Shown: piece by piece, positions 1-10,597 of the stretch | Numbering within the stretch: position 1 is the stretch's first letter | How the letters are laid out: each line of letters begins with the position of its first letter | Origin: an uncultured SAR86 cluster bacterium | GTDB lineage: Bacteria > Pseudomonadota > Gammaproteobacteria > Magnimaribacterales > D2472 | Assembly (NCBI GenBank): GCA_902541245.1 | Contig: CACBPT010000001.1 | Span: 131,993-195,992 of the forward strand | DNA length: 64,000 bases | Reading direction: 5' to 3' | Position numbers and translations under genes: made by a program | Notes under the pieces: model-generated | The model's input: the letters and a program-made list of their open reading frames with translations, nothing else | Database searches by the model: none | Told to the model about the DNA's origin: nothing

Positions 1-652
1 ATGGAAATGGCCATGATTGAGAGGAGTGATACTCAATGGACGAAACCCTGATATTAACTTCCTCAGCTACTTCTCTTTTTAGTGCTTGCTCTGCATTTTC
101 CCCAGCATCAATAAAGCCTGCTAAGGTGCTATACATATTAGGTGGAAAAAATTTACTTCTGCCCAGCAAAATTCTTTCCCCATCATGTATCAACGTTATG
201 ATGCAAGGCGAAATTACAGGATAGTTCAATAATTTTTTACAATCACATCTAAAAGCTCCCTCCTTTGGATCAAATTTGTTAATTTTTCCACAATAGCTGC
301 AATAGGAATTATTTAGGTTCCAATTATTTAATATTGATGCTCTTGAAGCTAATAAAAAATTATCAGAATCCAAAAAAGCTATTATGTTGATCAAATCAAC
401 AAAGTAAATTGTTTCAGGATCCATAAAAATCCCCAAAATTTTTTCACTTGAGCTTATCTCTAATGAATAAAAATAGTTATCTTCTGCTACTGCTATAGCT
501 AAATAAGGACCATTTAGTAATTTTGAATTTAAATCTTTCAATTTAAAAATAAAAGAATTTTCTTTTTGATCGTATAAAATTTTGTTTTCACAAAATATAA
601 TAAGATTAGCGTCTTCATTTATTTGTTTATGAAGTGTTCTAATTAATTCCAT
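1..652 (-). CDS. nudC: NADH pyrophosphatase (NudC-type Nudix hydrolase); 3' end runs off the window
   Basis: Not in the ORF track because it is open at the window edge. Manual minus-strand translation from ATG 652..650 gives [10 protein letters not shown]... with no stops. It shows a zinc-ribbon cysteine pattern (CSYCG...CDC), the Nudix box [23 protein letters not shown] and the NudC-type SQSWPFP motif at the edge. Confidence 0.8.
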   Translation of the reverse strand, partial: MELIRTLHKQINEDANLIIFCENKILYDQKENSFIFKLKDLNSKLLNGPYLAIAVAEDNYFYSLEISSSEKILGIFMDPETIYFVDLINIIAFLDSDNFLLASRASILNNWNLNNSYCSYCGKINKFDPKEGAFRCDCKKLLNYPVISPCIITLIHDGERILLGRSKFFPPNMYSTLAGFIDAGENAEQALKREVAEEVNIRVSSIEYHSSQSWPFP

Positions 653-670
653 ATATTAAGGATTTTAAAG

Positions 671-2182
671 ATGGTAAATAATTTGTACAAAATGTTCTTA
701 GGTGACTCGCCTGATTGGTATAAGAATACCATCATAGCTTTTTTAATAATTAATCCTATTACTTTATTTGTATTAAATTCTTTAGGAATTAAAGCAACGT
801 TCATTGTTGGCTGGATGATTCTATTAGAATTCATTTTCACTCTTGCTCTAGCACTTAAGTGTTACCCACTTCAACCAGGTGGGTTAATTACAATTCAAGC
901 ACTGTTTTTAGGATTAACAACTCCTTACACATTGTTATATGAAATTGAACATAATCTTGAAGTAATTTTATTATTAGTTTTTATGGTGGCTGGAATCTAC
1001 TTTATGAAAAATTTGATGCTTACGATTTTCACAAAATTACTTCTTACAATTCAATCAAAGATAAAGCTTTCTTTGATGTTTTGTTTTGTATCAGCTTTTT
1101 TATCAGCTTTTTTAGATGCCTTAACTGTAACAGCAGTTTTAATTGCTGTTGCTGTAGGTTTTTATAGAATCTTCCACCTTGCTAGCGCAGGAAAAGAGTT
1201 TTCATCTGGTGATCATGATTATTACGACAACTCCTTGTTATCTTCAACTGGGATAGAGGATTTAGAAAATTTTAAAGCTTTTTTGAGAGACCTAATTATG
1301 CATGGTGTAGTTGGAACTGCACTGGGTGGAGTATGTACTATCGTTGGCGAGCCCCAAAATTTATTGATTGCAAACGTTGCGGGCTGGGAATTCATTGAAT
1401 TTATGGTCAAGATGTCTCCAATAACAGTTCCTGTATTTATAGCGGGAATGATCACTTGTTATGGAATTGAAAAACTACATTTATGTGGTTTTGGAAACCA
1501 ACTACCAGAAAAGATTAAAAATATATTTCATGATTATAACGATTATGAAACTTCTCAAAGAACCGAATTATCCAACATGGAGTTATATGTAGAAATGTTG
1601 GTTGGTATATTTTTAATTATAGCGCTTGCTCTTCATTTAGCTGCGGTTGGAATTATTGGTTTAGGGGTGATAATACTATTAACTTCATTTAAAGGAATTA
1701 CACACGAGCATGATCTAGGTGATGCTTTTAAAGAAGCGCTCCCTTTTACAGCATTATTAGTTGTATTTTTTGGAGTTGTAAGTGTTATAGCTGATCAAGA
1801 ATTATTCACGCCAATAATTTCTTATGTGTTAGCGCAAGAAACTAGTAGCCAAGCCCCAATTTTCTTTGTAGCAAATGGAGTACTTTCAGCTATCAGCGAC
1901 AACGTATTTGTTGCAACGATTTATATAAACGAAATTAAAGATGCATTAGATATGAATATTATCTCTCGAGCTCAATTTGATAAATTAGCAATTGCTATTA
2001 ATACTGGAACAAATATTCCTAGTATTGCAACGCCTAATGGGCAAGCAGCATTTCTGTTTCTACTGACGTCTTCGTTAGCACCGCTTATTAACCTCTCTTA
2101 CATGAGAATGGTAATAATGGCTTTGCCTTATACCATTGTGTTAAGTATTGTTGGATTTATAGCAGTTATTACTTTCTTATAA
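671..2182 (+). CDS. nhaB: Na+/H+ antiporter NhaB
   Basis: 503-aa polytopic membrane [35 protein letters not shown] and [13 protein letters not shown] closely parallel E. coli NhaB as I recall it. Confidence 0.9.
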   Translation: MVNNLYKMFLGDSPDWYKNTIIAFLIINPITLFVLNSLGIKATFIVGWMILLEFIFTLALALKCYPLQPGGLITIQALFLGLTTPYTLLYEIEHNLEVILLLVFMVAGIYFMKNLMLTIFTKLLLTIQSKIKLSLMFCFVSAFLSAFLDALTVTAVLIAVAVGFYRIFHLASAGKEFSSGDHDYYDNSLLSSTGIEDLENFKAFLRDLIMHGVVGTALGGVCTIVGEPQNLLIANVAGWEFIEFMVKMSPITVPVFIAGMITCYGIEKLHLCGFGNQLPEKIKNIFHDYNDYETSQRTELSNMELYVEMLVGIFLIIALALHLAAVGIIGLGVIILLTSFKGITHEHDLGDAFKEALPFTALLVVFFGVVSVIADQELFTPIISYVLAQETSSQAPIFFVANGVLSAISDNVFVATIYINEIKDALDMNIISRAQFDKLAIAINTGTNIPSIATPNGQAAFLFLLTSSLAPLINLSYMRMVIMALPYTIVLSIVGFIAVITFL

Positions 2183-2183
2183 A

Positions 2184-3149
2184 TTGATGTCATCAAATCA
2201 CAGGTTTTGCATTGCTCCAATGATGCAATGTACTGATATACATGATCGATATTTATTTAGATTAATAACAAAAAGATCATTTCTTTATACAGAAATGGTT
2301 ACAACTGGAGCTATTATTCATGGTAAATGCTTAGAGCAATTGAATTTTAACAGTCAAATTGAGCATCCAGTTGCAGTTCAACTAGGTGGCTCTGATCCAT
2401 ATGATTTGGCTAATTGTGCAAAAATTTGCTCTAATCTTGGTTATGATGAAATTAATTTAAACGTTGGTTGCCCATCTGAGAGAGTGCAAAAAGGCTCCTT
2501 TGGAGCATGCCTTATGCAAGATCCAGAACTTGTAAGTGATTGTATAAAAGCTATGCAAGAAGTTGTATCAATTCCAATAACAGTAAAGTGCAGAATCGGA
2601 GTGAATGAGAGAGATGATATTGATTTTTTAAATAATTTTGTTTCAAAAATTATTAATCCAAAACTTAAAACACTAATAGTTCATGCAAGAGTTGCAATCT
2701 TAAAGGGCTTAACACCAAGACAAAATAGGCAGATTCCTCCTTTAAAATATGAAAATGTTTATCAGCTTGTTAATGAATTTCCTGAACTTGAAATTGTTAT
2801 AAATGGAGGCATAAAAGACGTCGATGAATCGATTCAGCATTTAGAAAAAGTTGACGGAGTTATGCTTGGTAGAAGTCCATATGACAATCCAATGATTGTA
2901 AGCAATGTTGATTCTAGGATATTTAATGATTCTGACATGGGAAAGGATAGAAAAATGATCCTTAGTCAATATCTAGATTACTGCTTAGCTCAAGCAAATA
3001 AAGGTCAACCCTATTCAAGGACACTAAAGCACATTTTTGGTTTAAATAGAGGATTAAAGAATGCTAAATCATTTAGAACACTGATTCTTAAAACTATCCG
3101 AGAAAAAAATTTAGAGATTACAAAAGATGAATTAATTTCTATGGTTTGA
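2184..3149 (+). CDS. dusA: tRNA-dihydrouridine synthase A
   Basis: FCIAPMMQCTDIHDRYLFRL N-terminus and Dus TIM-barrel motifs (INLNVGCPSERVQ, VKCRIG). The ATG at 2187 is a likelier start than the TTG at 2184. Confidence 0.9.
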   Translation: MMSSNHRFCIAPMMQCTDIHDRYLFRLITKRSFLYTEMVTTGAIIHGKCLEQLNFNSQIEHPVAVQLGGSDPYDLANCAKICSNLGYDEINLNVGCPSERVQKGSFGACLMQDPELVSDCIKAMQEVVSIPITVKCRIGVNERDDIDFLNNFVSKIINPKLKTLIVHARVAILKGLTPRQNRQIPPLKYENVYQLVNEFPELEIVINGGIKDVDESIQHLEKVDGVMLGRSPYDNPMIVSNVDSRIFNDSDMGKDRKMILSQYLDYCLAQANKGQPYSRTLKHIFGLNRGLKNAKSFRTLILKTIREKNLEITKDELISMV

Positions 3150-3151
3150 GT

Positions 3152-3859
3152 TCAATCTAATAAAAAATCATCCATATCATCAACAAAATCATCTGATTGA
3201 TCCTCTCCATCACTAGACTCAAAATCTAAATATTGCATGTAAGAGTCTCTTATAAACGAGTATCGATCACCAACAATCAGTGTTTCTACTTCTAAATACC
3301 TAGCCCTAGTTTCTAATGCATCAAGAGCCGTGACCCCTATTCTGACATCTGTTTCTTCAATGGCAAAAGTGCCTGATAAGACAGAGCTTACACTTCTCCC
3401 TGCTAGGCTTCTAGGTGTAGATGGTCCATAAAGAGGAATCATTAGAAACGGTCCTTTACTAACCCCCCAAGAACCCAATGTTTGGCCAAAATCCTCATCG
3501 TGTCTCTCTAAGCCCATTTTTGATGCCACATCAATAAAACCCAATACTCCAACCGAAGTATTAATAACGAAACGTGCAAAATCATTCATTGCATACATAG
3601 GTTTGCCTTGCAGTAACTGATTTGCAGTATTATCAAGCTCATTAATATTTCTGAAGAAATTTGTTATTCCGATTTCAATAAAATCAGGTGTTATATTTGT
3701 ATAAATTTCTGCAGTTGGTTTGGCAAAGTTATCATCCAAAGATTCATTAAAAGCCCAAATCTTCCGATTTAAATCCTCAAATGGATCTTGAGTTGCTGAA
3801 ATATCTAAACTAAAAAAAACCAGCGTAACTGAAAAATATAAAAATCTTTGAAAGCTCAT
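3152..3859 (-). CDS. mlaA: MlaA/VacJ-family outer-membrane lipoprotein
   Basis: N-terminal signal peptide. DPFEDLNRKIWAFNESLD and GPFLMIPLYGPSTPR are typical of the VacJ/MlaA family. Confidence 0.85.
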   Translation of the reverse strand: MSFQRFLYFSVTLVFFSLDISATQDPFEDLNRKIWAFNESLDDNFAKPTAEIYTNITPDFIEIGITNFFRNINELDNTANQLLQGKPMYAMNDFARFVINTSVGVLGFIDVASKMGLERHDEDFGQTLGSWGVSKGPFLMIPLYGPSTPRSLAGRSVSSVLSGTFAIEETDVRIGVTALDALETRARYLEVETLIVGDRYSFIRDSYMQYLDFESSDGEDQSDDFVDDMDDFLLD

Positions 3860-4572
3860 GATAATTTCTTTAATTTATTATAAATTGGTTCGAGCAAATT
3901 ATTTTTTTTACTTGAATTAAAATCTGTTAAATCTTTATGCCTAGGAATAGAGCCTAAGAGATCGCAGCCAATTTCTTGCTCCAGATTGACTAACATAAAA
4001 TCATTAATGTGCTCATGAGTATTTGGACAAATTGAATATGACATATTATCTATGATGCCTAACACAGGAATTTTTAGTCTATCAAACATAGTTTTTGACT
4101 TTTTAGTATCGTGAACTGCAAGCTTACTCATTGAGGTTATCAGTATTGCGTAATTAGGTTCTATGTCAGAAGCAACAGTTAAATATGCATCTCCAGTACC
4201 TGGGGGCATATCAACAAACAAGTAGTCGAGATTTCCCCATTGAGTCGAATTCTTTAGTTGTTTAATTGCTTTACTTAACATTGGCCCTCGCCACATGGCA
4301 GCTTTAGATGGATCAATGACTAATCCCATACTGTTCAATAAAATACTATCAACTTCAATTGGTAAAAATATCTTTTTTTCACCAATGGTTTTAACTATTG
4401 GTTTTTGATTTGCAACATTGAATATAATTTGCTGATTTGGACCATAGATGTCTGCATCTAATATTCCAACTTTATAGTCTCTGGAAAATTGCAAAGCAAG
4501 ATTTGCACATATAGTAGACTTGCCTACACCACCTTTTGCTGATGCAATAGCAATTATTTGCTTGATACCCAT
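3856..4572 (-). CDS. apbC: Mrp/ApbC/NBP35-family P-loop ATPase (short form)
   Basis: Deviant Walker A SAKGGVGKST and DMPPGTGD. C-terminal part is collinear with E. coli Mrp. Overlaps mlaA by 4 nt. The family CxxC motif reads CPNT here (second Cys missing). Confidence 0.75.
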   Translation of the reverse strand: MGIKQIIAIASAKGGVGKSTICANLALQFSRDYKVGILDADIYGPNQQIIFNVANQKPIVKTIGEKKIFLPIEVDSILLNSMGLVIDPSKAAMWRGPMLSKAIKQLKNSTQWGNLDYLFVDMPPGTGDAYLTVASDIEPNYAILITSMSKLAVHDTKKSKTMFDRLKIPVLGIIDNMSYSICPNTHEHINDFMLVNLEQEIGCDLLGSIPRHKDLTDFNSSKKNNLLEPIYNKLKKLS

Positions 4573-4663
4573 TGATATTATATTTTGACTTATAATACTC
4601 GATTAAAAGATAAATTAGGTCCTAAAAATTAATAAAAAAAGAAAAATTATCGTTACAAATGCA

Positions 4664-6595
4664 TTGCCCTATGCAAATGGTGAAATTCATATCGGGCATA
4701 TTTTAGAGCATATCCAAACCGATATTTGGACTAGATTTATGCGCAACTCCAATCATGAAGTTCTAAGCTTTTGTGCTGATGATGCACATGGTGCCCCTAT
4801 CATGATGAAAGCAGACGAAATGCAAATAAAACCCATTGATTTCATAGATCAAATGAAAAAGGATCACATGAATTCTCTAGAAAAATTTGGAATTAAATAT
4901 ACAAATTATCACTCTACTCATTCAAGTGAGAACGAAGGCTTAGTCTCGGAAATTTATCTTGCTGCAAAAGATGCGGGTTTAATTTACAAGGAAGATATCG
5001 AGCAATGCTTTGATGAAGAAAAGAAGATGTTTCTTGCAGATAGATATGTCATTGGTGAATGTCCAAAATGTGGTGCCAAGGATCAATATGGAGATGGTTG
5101 TGATTCATGTGGAGCTACGTATTCTGCTACAGAACTAATTAATCCAAAATCGTCGCTAACTGGCAGCACGCCAAGTACAAAAATATCAGAACATATTTTC
5201 TTTGATCTTAAAAAATCAAAATCTAATCTTAAAAAGTTTTTAAAAACTGCTTCTATTCAGAATTCAGTTGTTGGCAAGCTCTCTGAATGGCTTGAAGGCG
5301 ATTTAAGGAGTTGGGATATCTCTCGTGATGCTCCGTACTTTGGTTTTAAAATTCCAAATGAATCAGATAAATATTTTTATGTATGGGTTGATGCTCCAAT
5401 CGGATATATAGCATCAGCAAAAAATTGGGCCAAAAAAAATAATTTAAGTATTGATAAGCTATGGGGCAAAAATTCAGAATATGAGATTCATCATTTTATA
5501 GGTAAGGATATTACCTATTTTCATGGTTTATTTTGGCCAGCTCTTTTAGATAATTCAAATTATAAACTTCCTAATAGTATTCATGTTCATGGCTTTGTCA
5601 GTGTTAATGGAGAGAAGATGTCTAAATCAAAGGGGACATTTATCACAGCAGATCAATTTGCTGATGTATGCGACCCAGAATTATTAAGATATTATTTCGC
5701 CAGTAAACTTAATTCAAAAATTGAAGATCTTGATTTAAATCTAGAGGATCTAGCTCAAAAAATAAACTCTGATTTAGTTGGAAAATTTTCAAATATTTTT
5801 AGTCGCTCCGCTCCATTCATTTCAAAAAATAACAATCGTCTATCCAAATCAGTTAATGAAGAATATCTATCAGCCTGTATGAAAGATATGGATAAAATTC
5901 TTGACCATTACGAAAATAAAGAGTTTTCCAAAGCAGTAAAACTCATCATGCAGATAGCTGATAATACAAACAAGTTTATTAATGAAAATACGCCTTGGAA
6001 AATAGATCAAAAAGACGCAATAGTTATCGCATCAACTGCATTAAACGTATTTAAAAATCTTTGTATATTGCTCGCTCCGATAATGCCAAGTTTATGTTGT
6101 CAAATGCTTAAGATGTTAAAAATTAATAGCTTTAGCATTGATAATCTTGAGGATAAAATGTTTGATTGGGAGATTGATGACTTTAAACCAATTATCTCTA
6201 GAGTCGACCCGATTGATATAAAGGATTTCTATAAACAGGAAAAAATAATGAAAGAAGAAGAAAATAATATTATTCAGATTGATGACTTTATGAAGGTTGA
6301 TTTAAGAGTTGCTAGGATTGAGGAGGCTTCTCATGTTGAAGGCGCAGATAAACTTCTAGCAATAAAGCTTGATCTTGGAGATTTAGGAACAAAAAATGTC
6401 TTTGCTGGTATAAAATCTGTATATGAGCCTTCTGATTTGATAGATAAATTAGTGGTAATGGTATACAACCTAGCTCCAAGAAAAATGAAATTTGGTATTT
6501 CTGAAGGCATGATTCTTGCAGCCAGCGATTCTGAGGGCGGCATATTTGTATTATCTCCTGATTCAGGAGCACAACCAGGGCAGAAAATTAAATGA
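4664..6595 (+). CDS. metG: methionine--tRNA ligase
   Basis: [11 protein letters not shown] (HIGH region), KMSKS, zinc-knuckle CPKCG...CDSCG, and a C-terminal Trbp111/EMAP-like tRNA-binding domain ([21 protein letters not shown]). Conserved N-terminal residues ([10 protein letters not shown]) are encoded in frame upstream of the TTG at 4664, so the true start is probably earlier. Confidence 0.9.
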   Translation: MPYANGEIHIGHILEHIQTDIWTRFMRNSNHEVLSFCADDAHGAPIMMKADEMQIKPIDFIDQMKKDHMNSLEKFGIKYTNYHSTHSSENEGLVSEIYLAAKDAGLIYKEDIEQCFDEEKKMFLADRYVIGECPKCGAKDQYGDGCDSCGATYSATELINPKSSLTGSTPSTKISEHIFFDLKKSKSNLKKFLKTASIQNSVVGKLSEWLEGDLRSWDISRDAPYFGFKIPNESDKYFYVWVDAPIGYIASAKNWAKKNNLSIDKLWGKNSEYEIHHFIGKDITYFHGLFWPALLDNSNYKLPNSIHVHGFVSVNGEKMSKSKGTFITADQFADVCDPELLRYYFASKLNSKIEDLDLNLEDLAQKINSDLVGKFSNIFSRSAPFISKNNNRLSKSVNEEYLSACMKDMDKILDHYENKEFSKAVKLIMQIADNTNKFINENTPWKIDQKDAIVIASTALNVFKNLCILLAPIMPSLCCQMLKMLKINSFSIDNLEDKMFDWEIDDFKPIISRVDPIDIKDFYKQEKIMKEEENNIIQIDDFMKVDLRVARIEEASHVEGADKLLAIKLDLGDLGTKNVFAGIKSVYEPSDLIDKLVVMVYNLAPRKMKFGISEGMILAASDSEGGIFVLSPDSGAQPGQKIK

Positions 6596-7635
6596 AAATT
6601 GAAACAGATATTTTAGTAATTGGTGCAGGTCCAGTAGGATTATTTACTGTTTTTGAGGCTGGTCTTTTAGGACTAAAATGTACCCTGATTGATAACTTAG
6701 ACAAAGTTGGTGGGCAATGCTCCGAACTCTATCCAGAAAAGCCAATATACGATATACCAGGAGTTCCATCCCAAACAGCGCAGGAGCATGTAGATGCTTT
6801 GATAGAGCAAATTAAACCATTTGAATATAATCTTCATCTTTCTCAAAGGGTTGAATCGATCGAGTCAGTGTCATCATTAAATGATATATCGACTTGGTTG
6901 GTGAGAACTAATGAAGGAGTTGAATGCACAACAAAAAATATATTCATTGCAGCTGGGGCTGGTTCATTTGAGCCAAGAAGACCTCCGAATATAGAGGATC
7001 CTGACAAATTTCTAGGCAAAGGTGTGAGCTACGCTGTTAAATCTATAGATCAATATAAAGATAAAAACTTATTTATTTTTGGTGGTGGCGATTCAGCATT
7101 AGATTGGACAGTTGAATTAGCCAAAATAGCTAAGTCTGTAAATTTGATACATAGAAGAGATCAGTTTAGAGGAGCTCAACATACTGAGGCTCAAATGAGA
7201 GAACTTGTGAAATCTGGTGAGGTTAATCTTCTAACTCCTTATCAAATTCAAGAAATAAAAGGTGATGATAAAGTGAATGGAGTTATTTTAAAAAACTTTG
7301 ATACTAAAGAATCCGTAACCCATGAAGCAGATGAATTATTGTTTCTATTTGGATTAAATAAAAAATTAGGTCCAATCCTTGAGTGGGAGTTAGAACTCGA
7401 ATCAAAAAAAATATCTGTTAATACTGAAAACTTTGAAACAAACAGAGATGGAATTTTTGCCGTTGGAGATATAAATGATTATCCAGGAAAACTAGATTTA
7501 ATTTTATGTGGCTTTCATGAAACTACCTTAGCAGTCCAAAAGGCCTATCAAAGGATTTTTCCAGGAGAAAGAGTGCCATTTGGATATACAACTTCGAATA
7601 CTAAATTACAAAGAAAGTTAGGGGTTGCTGAATAA
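6592..7635 (+). CDS. ferredoxin--NADP(+) reductase, thioredoxin-reductase-like type
   Basis: [16 protein letters not shown]-binding fold, [22 protein letters not shown], and a second dinucleotide fold [12 protein letters not shown]. Architecture resembles YumC-type FNR. Overlaps the metG stop by 4 nt. Confidence 0.8.
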   Translation: MKIETDILVIGAGPVGLFTVFEAGLLGLKCTLIDNLDKVGGQCSELYPEKPIYDIPGVPSQTAQEHVDALIEQIKPFEYNLHLSQRVESIESVSSLNDISTWLVRTNEGVECTTKNIFIAAGAGSFEPRRPPNIEDPDKFLGKGVSYAVKSIDQYKDKNLFIFGGGDSALDWTVELAKIAKSVNLIHRRDQFRGAQHTEAQMRELVKSGEVNLLTPYQIQEIKGDDKVNGVILKNFDTKESVTHEADELLFLFGLNKKLGPILEWELELESKKISVNTENFETNRDGIFAVGDINDYPGKLDLILCGFHETTLAVQKAYQRIFPGERVPFGYTTSNTKLQRKLGVAE

Positions 7636-7636
7636 T

Positions 7637-8656
7637 TTAGATAATTAGTTCTCTTATTGTATCTTGAAGACTAATTGATTTTTCATGAGATTCAGTCAAG
7701 GCTTCTCTAACCCTGTAAGCAATATTCATTAAATCTGATTCAGTCTCAACTTCATTCCTTTTCATTAAGTCTTTAGTCAAACCTATAGCTCCCCCAGAGT
7801 TTATTAAAATATCAGGTATATATATTATGCCCCTATTATGAAGGGCGTTAGCTATAGACAAATCTTGAAGTTGATTATTTGCACCGCCAGCGATAATTTT
7901 ACAATTTAAACTTTTAATAGATGACTTATTGAATATAGCTCCTAATGCACAAGGAGAAAATACATCACATTCAAGTGAAAATGCATCATCAATAGGATTA
8001 ATGTTAGGATTTTCGATGTTTTCAAGTTTTGATTTATCAATATCCGAAATAAAAACATTAGCTCCATCATTGGCTAGATGCTCTGCAAGATGCATCCCTA
8101 CACTTCCAGCTCCTTGAATAGAAATTTTTTTATCAGTTAATGGCTGTGAGAAACAAAAATTAATTGCTTCCTTTATTACATAATAAATACCTTTTGCTGT
8201 ATATGGTCCAGGATCAATATTATCAAAAACAAATTCGGTATATTTTTTAATGAATCTTATATCCTCCAGTGAAATACCTATGTCTTCGGCAGATATGTAT
8301 TGACCCTCTAAGAGATTTAAGAAATTGGCATATGATCTTAATAGATTATCTGATTTGTGAGATTCTTGAAAAATAATAGCTTTGCCACCACCAAATGGAA
8401 TTTGAGCAACATTATTTTTATGAGTCATACCTCGAGACAAACGCAATACATCATTTAAACCTTGCTCAAATGAATCATATTCCTTGAATCTACACCCACC
8501 AATTGCTGGACCTTTTGAGGAATCGTGAATAGCTACAAGAGACTTTATGCCTGTATTGTCATCTTCATAATAATAAACTTTCTCGTGATCAAACTCATGA
8601 TAAGAAGATATTTCAATACCTTTAAACTTTGTGTCAGTTATGTCCCTAAAAATCAT
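7637..8656 (-). CDS. Leu/Phe/Val-type amino-acid dehydrogenase (Glu/Leu/Phe/Val dehydrogenase family)
   Basis: AIHDSSKGPAIGGCRFKEY, LSRGMTHKNNVAQIPFGGGK, GQYISAEDIG and IAGGANNQL are collinear with Bacillus leucine dehydrogenase as recalled. Confidence 0.8.
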   Translation of the reverse strand: MIFRDITDTKFKGIEISSYHEFDHEKVYYYEDDNTGIKSLVAIHDSSKGPAIGGCRFKEYDSFEQGLNDVLRLSRGMTHKNNVAQIPFGGGKAIIFQESHKSDNLLRSYANFLNLLEGQYISAEDIGISLEDIRFIKKYTEFVFDNIDPGPYTAKGIYYVIKEAINFCFSQPLTDKKISIQGAGSVGMHLAEHLANDGANVFISDIDKSKLENIENPNINPIDDAFSLECDVFSPCALGAIFNKSSIKSLNCKIIAGGANNQLQDLSIANALHNRGIIYIPDILINSGGAIGLTKDLMKRNEVETESDLMNIAYRVREALTESHEKSISLQDTIRELII

Positions 8657-8706
8657 ATTTATATGAGATTATCGTTTATATTATATGAGCATAATAAGGG
8701 GCTTAA

Positions 8707-9303
8707 ATGTTAAAAGATAGATTTAGAAAATTTCTTCCTGTTATTGTTGACCTTGAAACTGGTGGTTTTAATTCAAAAAGAAATGCAATTTTAGAAATAG
8801 CAATTCAATTGATCGATGAAGACGATTCTAAATTAATATTAGGCGATTCATATAGATATCACATTAAACCTTTTGAGGGACTTGAGGTAGACAAAGAAGC
8901 CTTAGAATTTCTTCGATTAGATTTAAATCATCCATTAAGATTAGCTGTGGAGGAGGAGCACGCTCTCAAAGAATCCTTTAAAATAATTAACAAACAAAAA
9001 TCAAAATATGAATGCTCAAGAGCAATTTTGGTAGGTCATAATGCCTTTTTTGATCATAGTTTTCTTCTTGAGGCATGTCATAGGAATAATATTAAGAAAT
9101 CTCCTTTCCATCCCTTTTCATTAATAGATACTGTAAGTTTAGGTGTGTTAGCTACCAAGCAAACTGTTCTTGCAAGAGTATGCAAAGAATTGGATATATC
9201 TTACGACAACGATGAAGCTCATAGTGCTGCATATGATGCCGAAGTCACAGCTCAAGTATTTTGTAAAATTATTAATGATTATGATAGTTTCATTAAAAAT
9301 TAA
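8707..9303 (+). CDS. rnt: ribonuclease T
   Basis: DEDDh exonuclease motifs PVIVDLETGGF, GHNAFFDHSFL and HSAAYDAEVTAQVF. Size (198 aa) fits RNase T. Confidence 0.85.
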   Translation: MLKDRFRKFLPVIVDLETGGFNSKRNAILEIAIQLIDEDDSKLILGDSYRYHIKPFEGLEVDKEALEFLRLDLNHPLRLAVEEEHALKESFKIINKQKSKYECSRAILVGHNAFFDHSFLLEACHRNNIKKSPFHPFSLIDTVSLGVLATKQTVLARVCKELDISYDNDEAHSAAYDAEVTAQVFCKIINDYDSFIKN

Positions 9304-10025
9304 ATACTAAGAGTATCGCCAACCTGTCTGCAGACTGCAGGTAATAGATCATTCCCTGAGTCAAACTCCTTAATACTTAGAATATAGCTTATAAGACCCT
9401 TTGTTCTGCTTGGAGCAATTCCTGTTGGTATAAAGTATTTTGCATTTAAGGCTAATTGTGCAGATTTTGCTTGTTCTATATCCATAGAAACTTGAACGAT
9501 TCCAAAAACCTTAACCTTATCAATTGTCATAATACAAGCGTCGATATCTTCAATTACTAAGTTTTTATTGAACATGTGAGATTCATGAAATACCTTGGCA
9601 TTTCCATCCTCTAATGAATAAGCAAATGTGGTCGAGTGATAAGGTTTACCCGCTTGATAGATTCGTAATCTTAATGATCCTAACTCATAAGATTGGTTAA
9701 TTTTAACTATGGTCACATTTTTAAATCCATTTTTAATTAAAACTTTTGACGCTTCATGAGTCGTGTATATATGAATGTCTTTATCAAATTGATTTAAAGA
9801 ATCTAAGTCTAAATGATCAGAAAAATGAGCTGTAATAATTATGTGAGTCACTTTATTTATTAAATTATTTTTTACTAAGTATGACTCCTGCAAAGCGCTA
9901 CGGTGTAATAACCAGTTCAATCCCGGAAAAACCTGTTTATTTGTAAGCCACGGATCAACAACTATTAAATCATCATGATTTGCATAAACCCATGATTGAT
10001 AATCGTCACCTCTAATTATTTGCAT
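9300..10025 (-). CDS. MBL-fold (metallo-beta-lactamase-like) hydrolase, degenerate metal motif
   Basis: IIITAHFSDHLD resembles the H-x-H-x-D-H region of Lactamase_B-type folds, but the first His is not evident. Function unknown. Confidence 0.45.
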   Translation of the reverse strand: MQIIRGDDYQSWVYANHDDLIVVDPWLTNKQVFPGLNWLLHRSALQESYLVKNNLINKVTHIIITAHFSDHLDLDSLNQFDKDIHIYTTHEASKVLIKNGFKNVTIVKINQSYELGSLRLRIYQAGKPYHSTTFAYSLEDGNAKVFHESHMFNKNLVIEDIDACIMTIDKVKVFGIVQVSMDIEQAKSAQLALNAKYFIPTGIAPSRTKGLISYILSIKEFDSGNDLLPAVCRQVGDTLSI

Positions 10026-10063
10026 GTTTCTATGATTTCATAAATGAGAATTAATACTAGAGT

Positions 10064-10082
10064 AAGAATGATTATCATTAAA
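10064..10082. promoter_or_regulatory. candidate Fur box between the divergent MBL-like and bacterioferritin-like genes
   Basis: AAGAATGATTATCATTAAA matches about 14 of 17 central positions of the GATAATGATAATCATTATC consensus. An adjacent AT-hexamer array (aaatgagaattaatact) lies at about 10042-10058. The site is about 80 nt upstream of the ferritin-like CDS. Confidence 0.4.
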
Positions 10083-10159
10083 AAAATACCTTAAATCAAT
10101 ACTTTACATGTTATATAAAACATAATATATTCTATCTACTTAAATACAAATTAAAAATT

Positions 10160-10594
10160 ATGAAAGAATTAAAAACTAAAGAAGTATGTGATATTTTAAA
10201 TGAAATCATGGAATACGAATTAGCCGGAGTAGTTCGCTATACGCACTCTTCATTGATGGTAAGCGGGCCTTATAGGATCCCTATCGTTACATTTCTTAAA
10301 GAACAAGCAACAGAATCAATGGTTCATGCCCAACAAGCTGGTGAACTATTGGTCGGTTTAGATGGACATCCAAGTCTTAAGGTTGCCAAAATTGTTGAGA
10401 CACATAGACATTCAATAAAGGATATTTTAGAAGAAGGCATGGAACATGAACTTCATGCGTTGAGTTTATATAAAAAACTCTTATCAACTGTTGAGGACGC
10501 ATCTGTATATCTAGAAGAATATGCAAGAACTATGATTGGAGAAGAGGAGCAACATAGCCTTGAATTAAAGGCGATGCTAAAGGACTTCGGGTAA
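10160..10594 (+). CDS. bacterioferritin-like / ferritin-like di-iron protein
   Basis: Four-helix-bundle pattern with Glu/His ligand motifs (EYELAGVVRY, ESMVHAQ, EHELHAL, EEEQH) spaced as in bacterioferritin. Confidence 0.6.
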   Translation: MKELKTKEVCDILNEIMEYELAGVVRYTHSSLMVSGPYRIPIVTFLKEQATESMVHAQQAGELLVGLDGHPSLKVAKIVETHRHSIKDILEEGMEHELHALSLYKKLLSTVEDASVYLEEYARTMIGEEEQHSLELKAMLKDFG

Positions 10595-10597
10595 GTT

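Noticed and set aside
36-224. 62-aa plus-strand ORF from the track
   Set aside because: It lies antisense inside the well-supported partial nudC CDS (minus strand, 1..652). Its composition is low-complexity and it has no motif.
1222-1455. Short antisense or alternative-frame track ORFs nested in long, well-supported genes. Examples: 643..840, 1222..1455, 6312..6572, 6331..6543, 7929..8117, 8525..8713, 10453..10644, 12716..12919, 14285..14554, 16880..17062, 16950..17225, 22297..22488, 24160..24438, 27702..27893, 28737..28979, 28921..29157, 29913..30266, 30792..31160, 31985..32188, 34784..35044, 35156..35359, 39106..39330, 40059..40337, 45538..45729, 48212..48478, 48599..48859, 49177..49410, 50593..50802, 53219..53425, 54481..54681, 56953..57144, 57682..57882, 57770..57958, 62880..63143.
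   Set aside because: All are 60-120 aa and fully overlapped by ORFs with clear family motifs on the other strand or frame. Their translations are low-complexity, as expected for shadow ORFs in AT-rich DNA.
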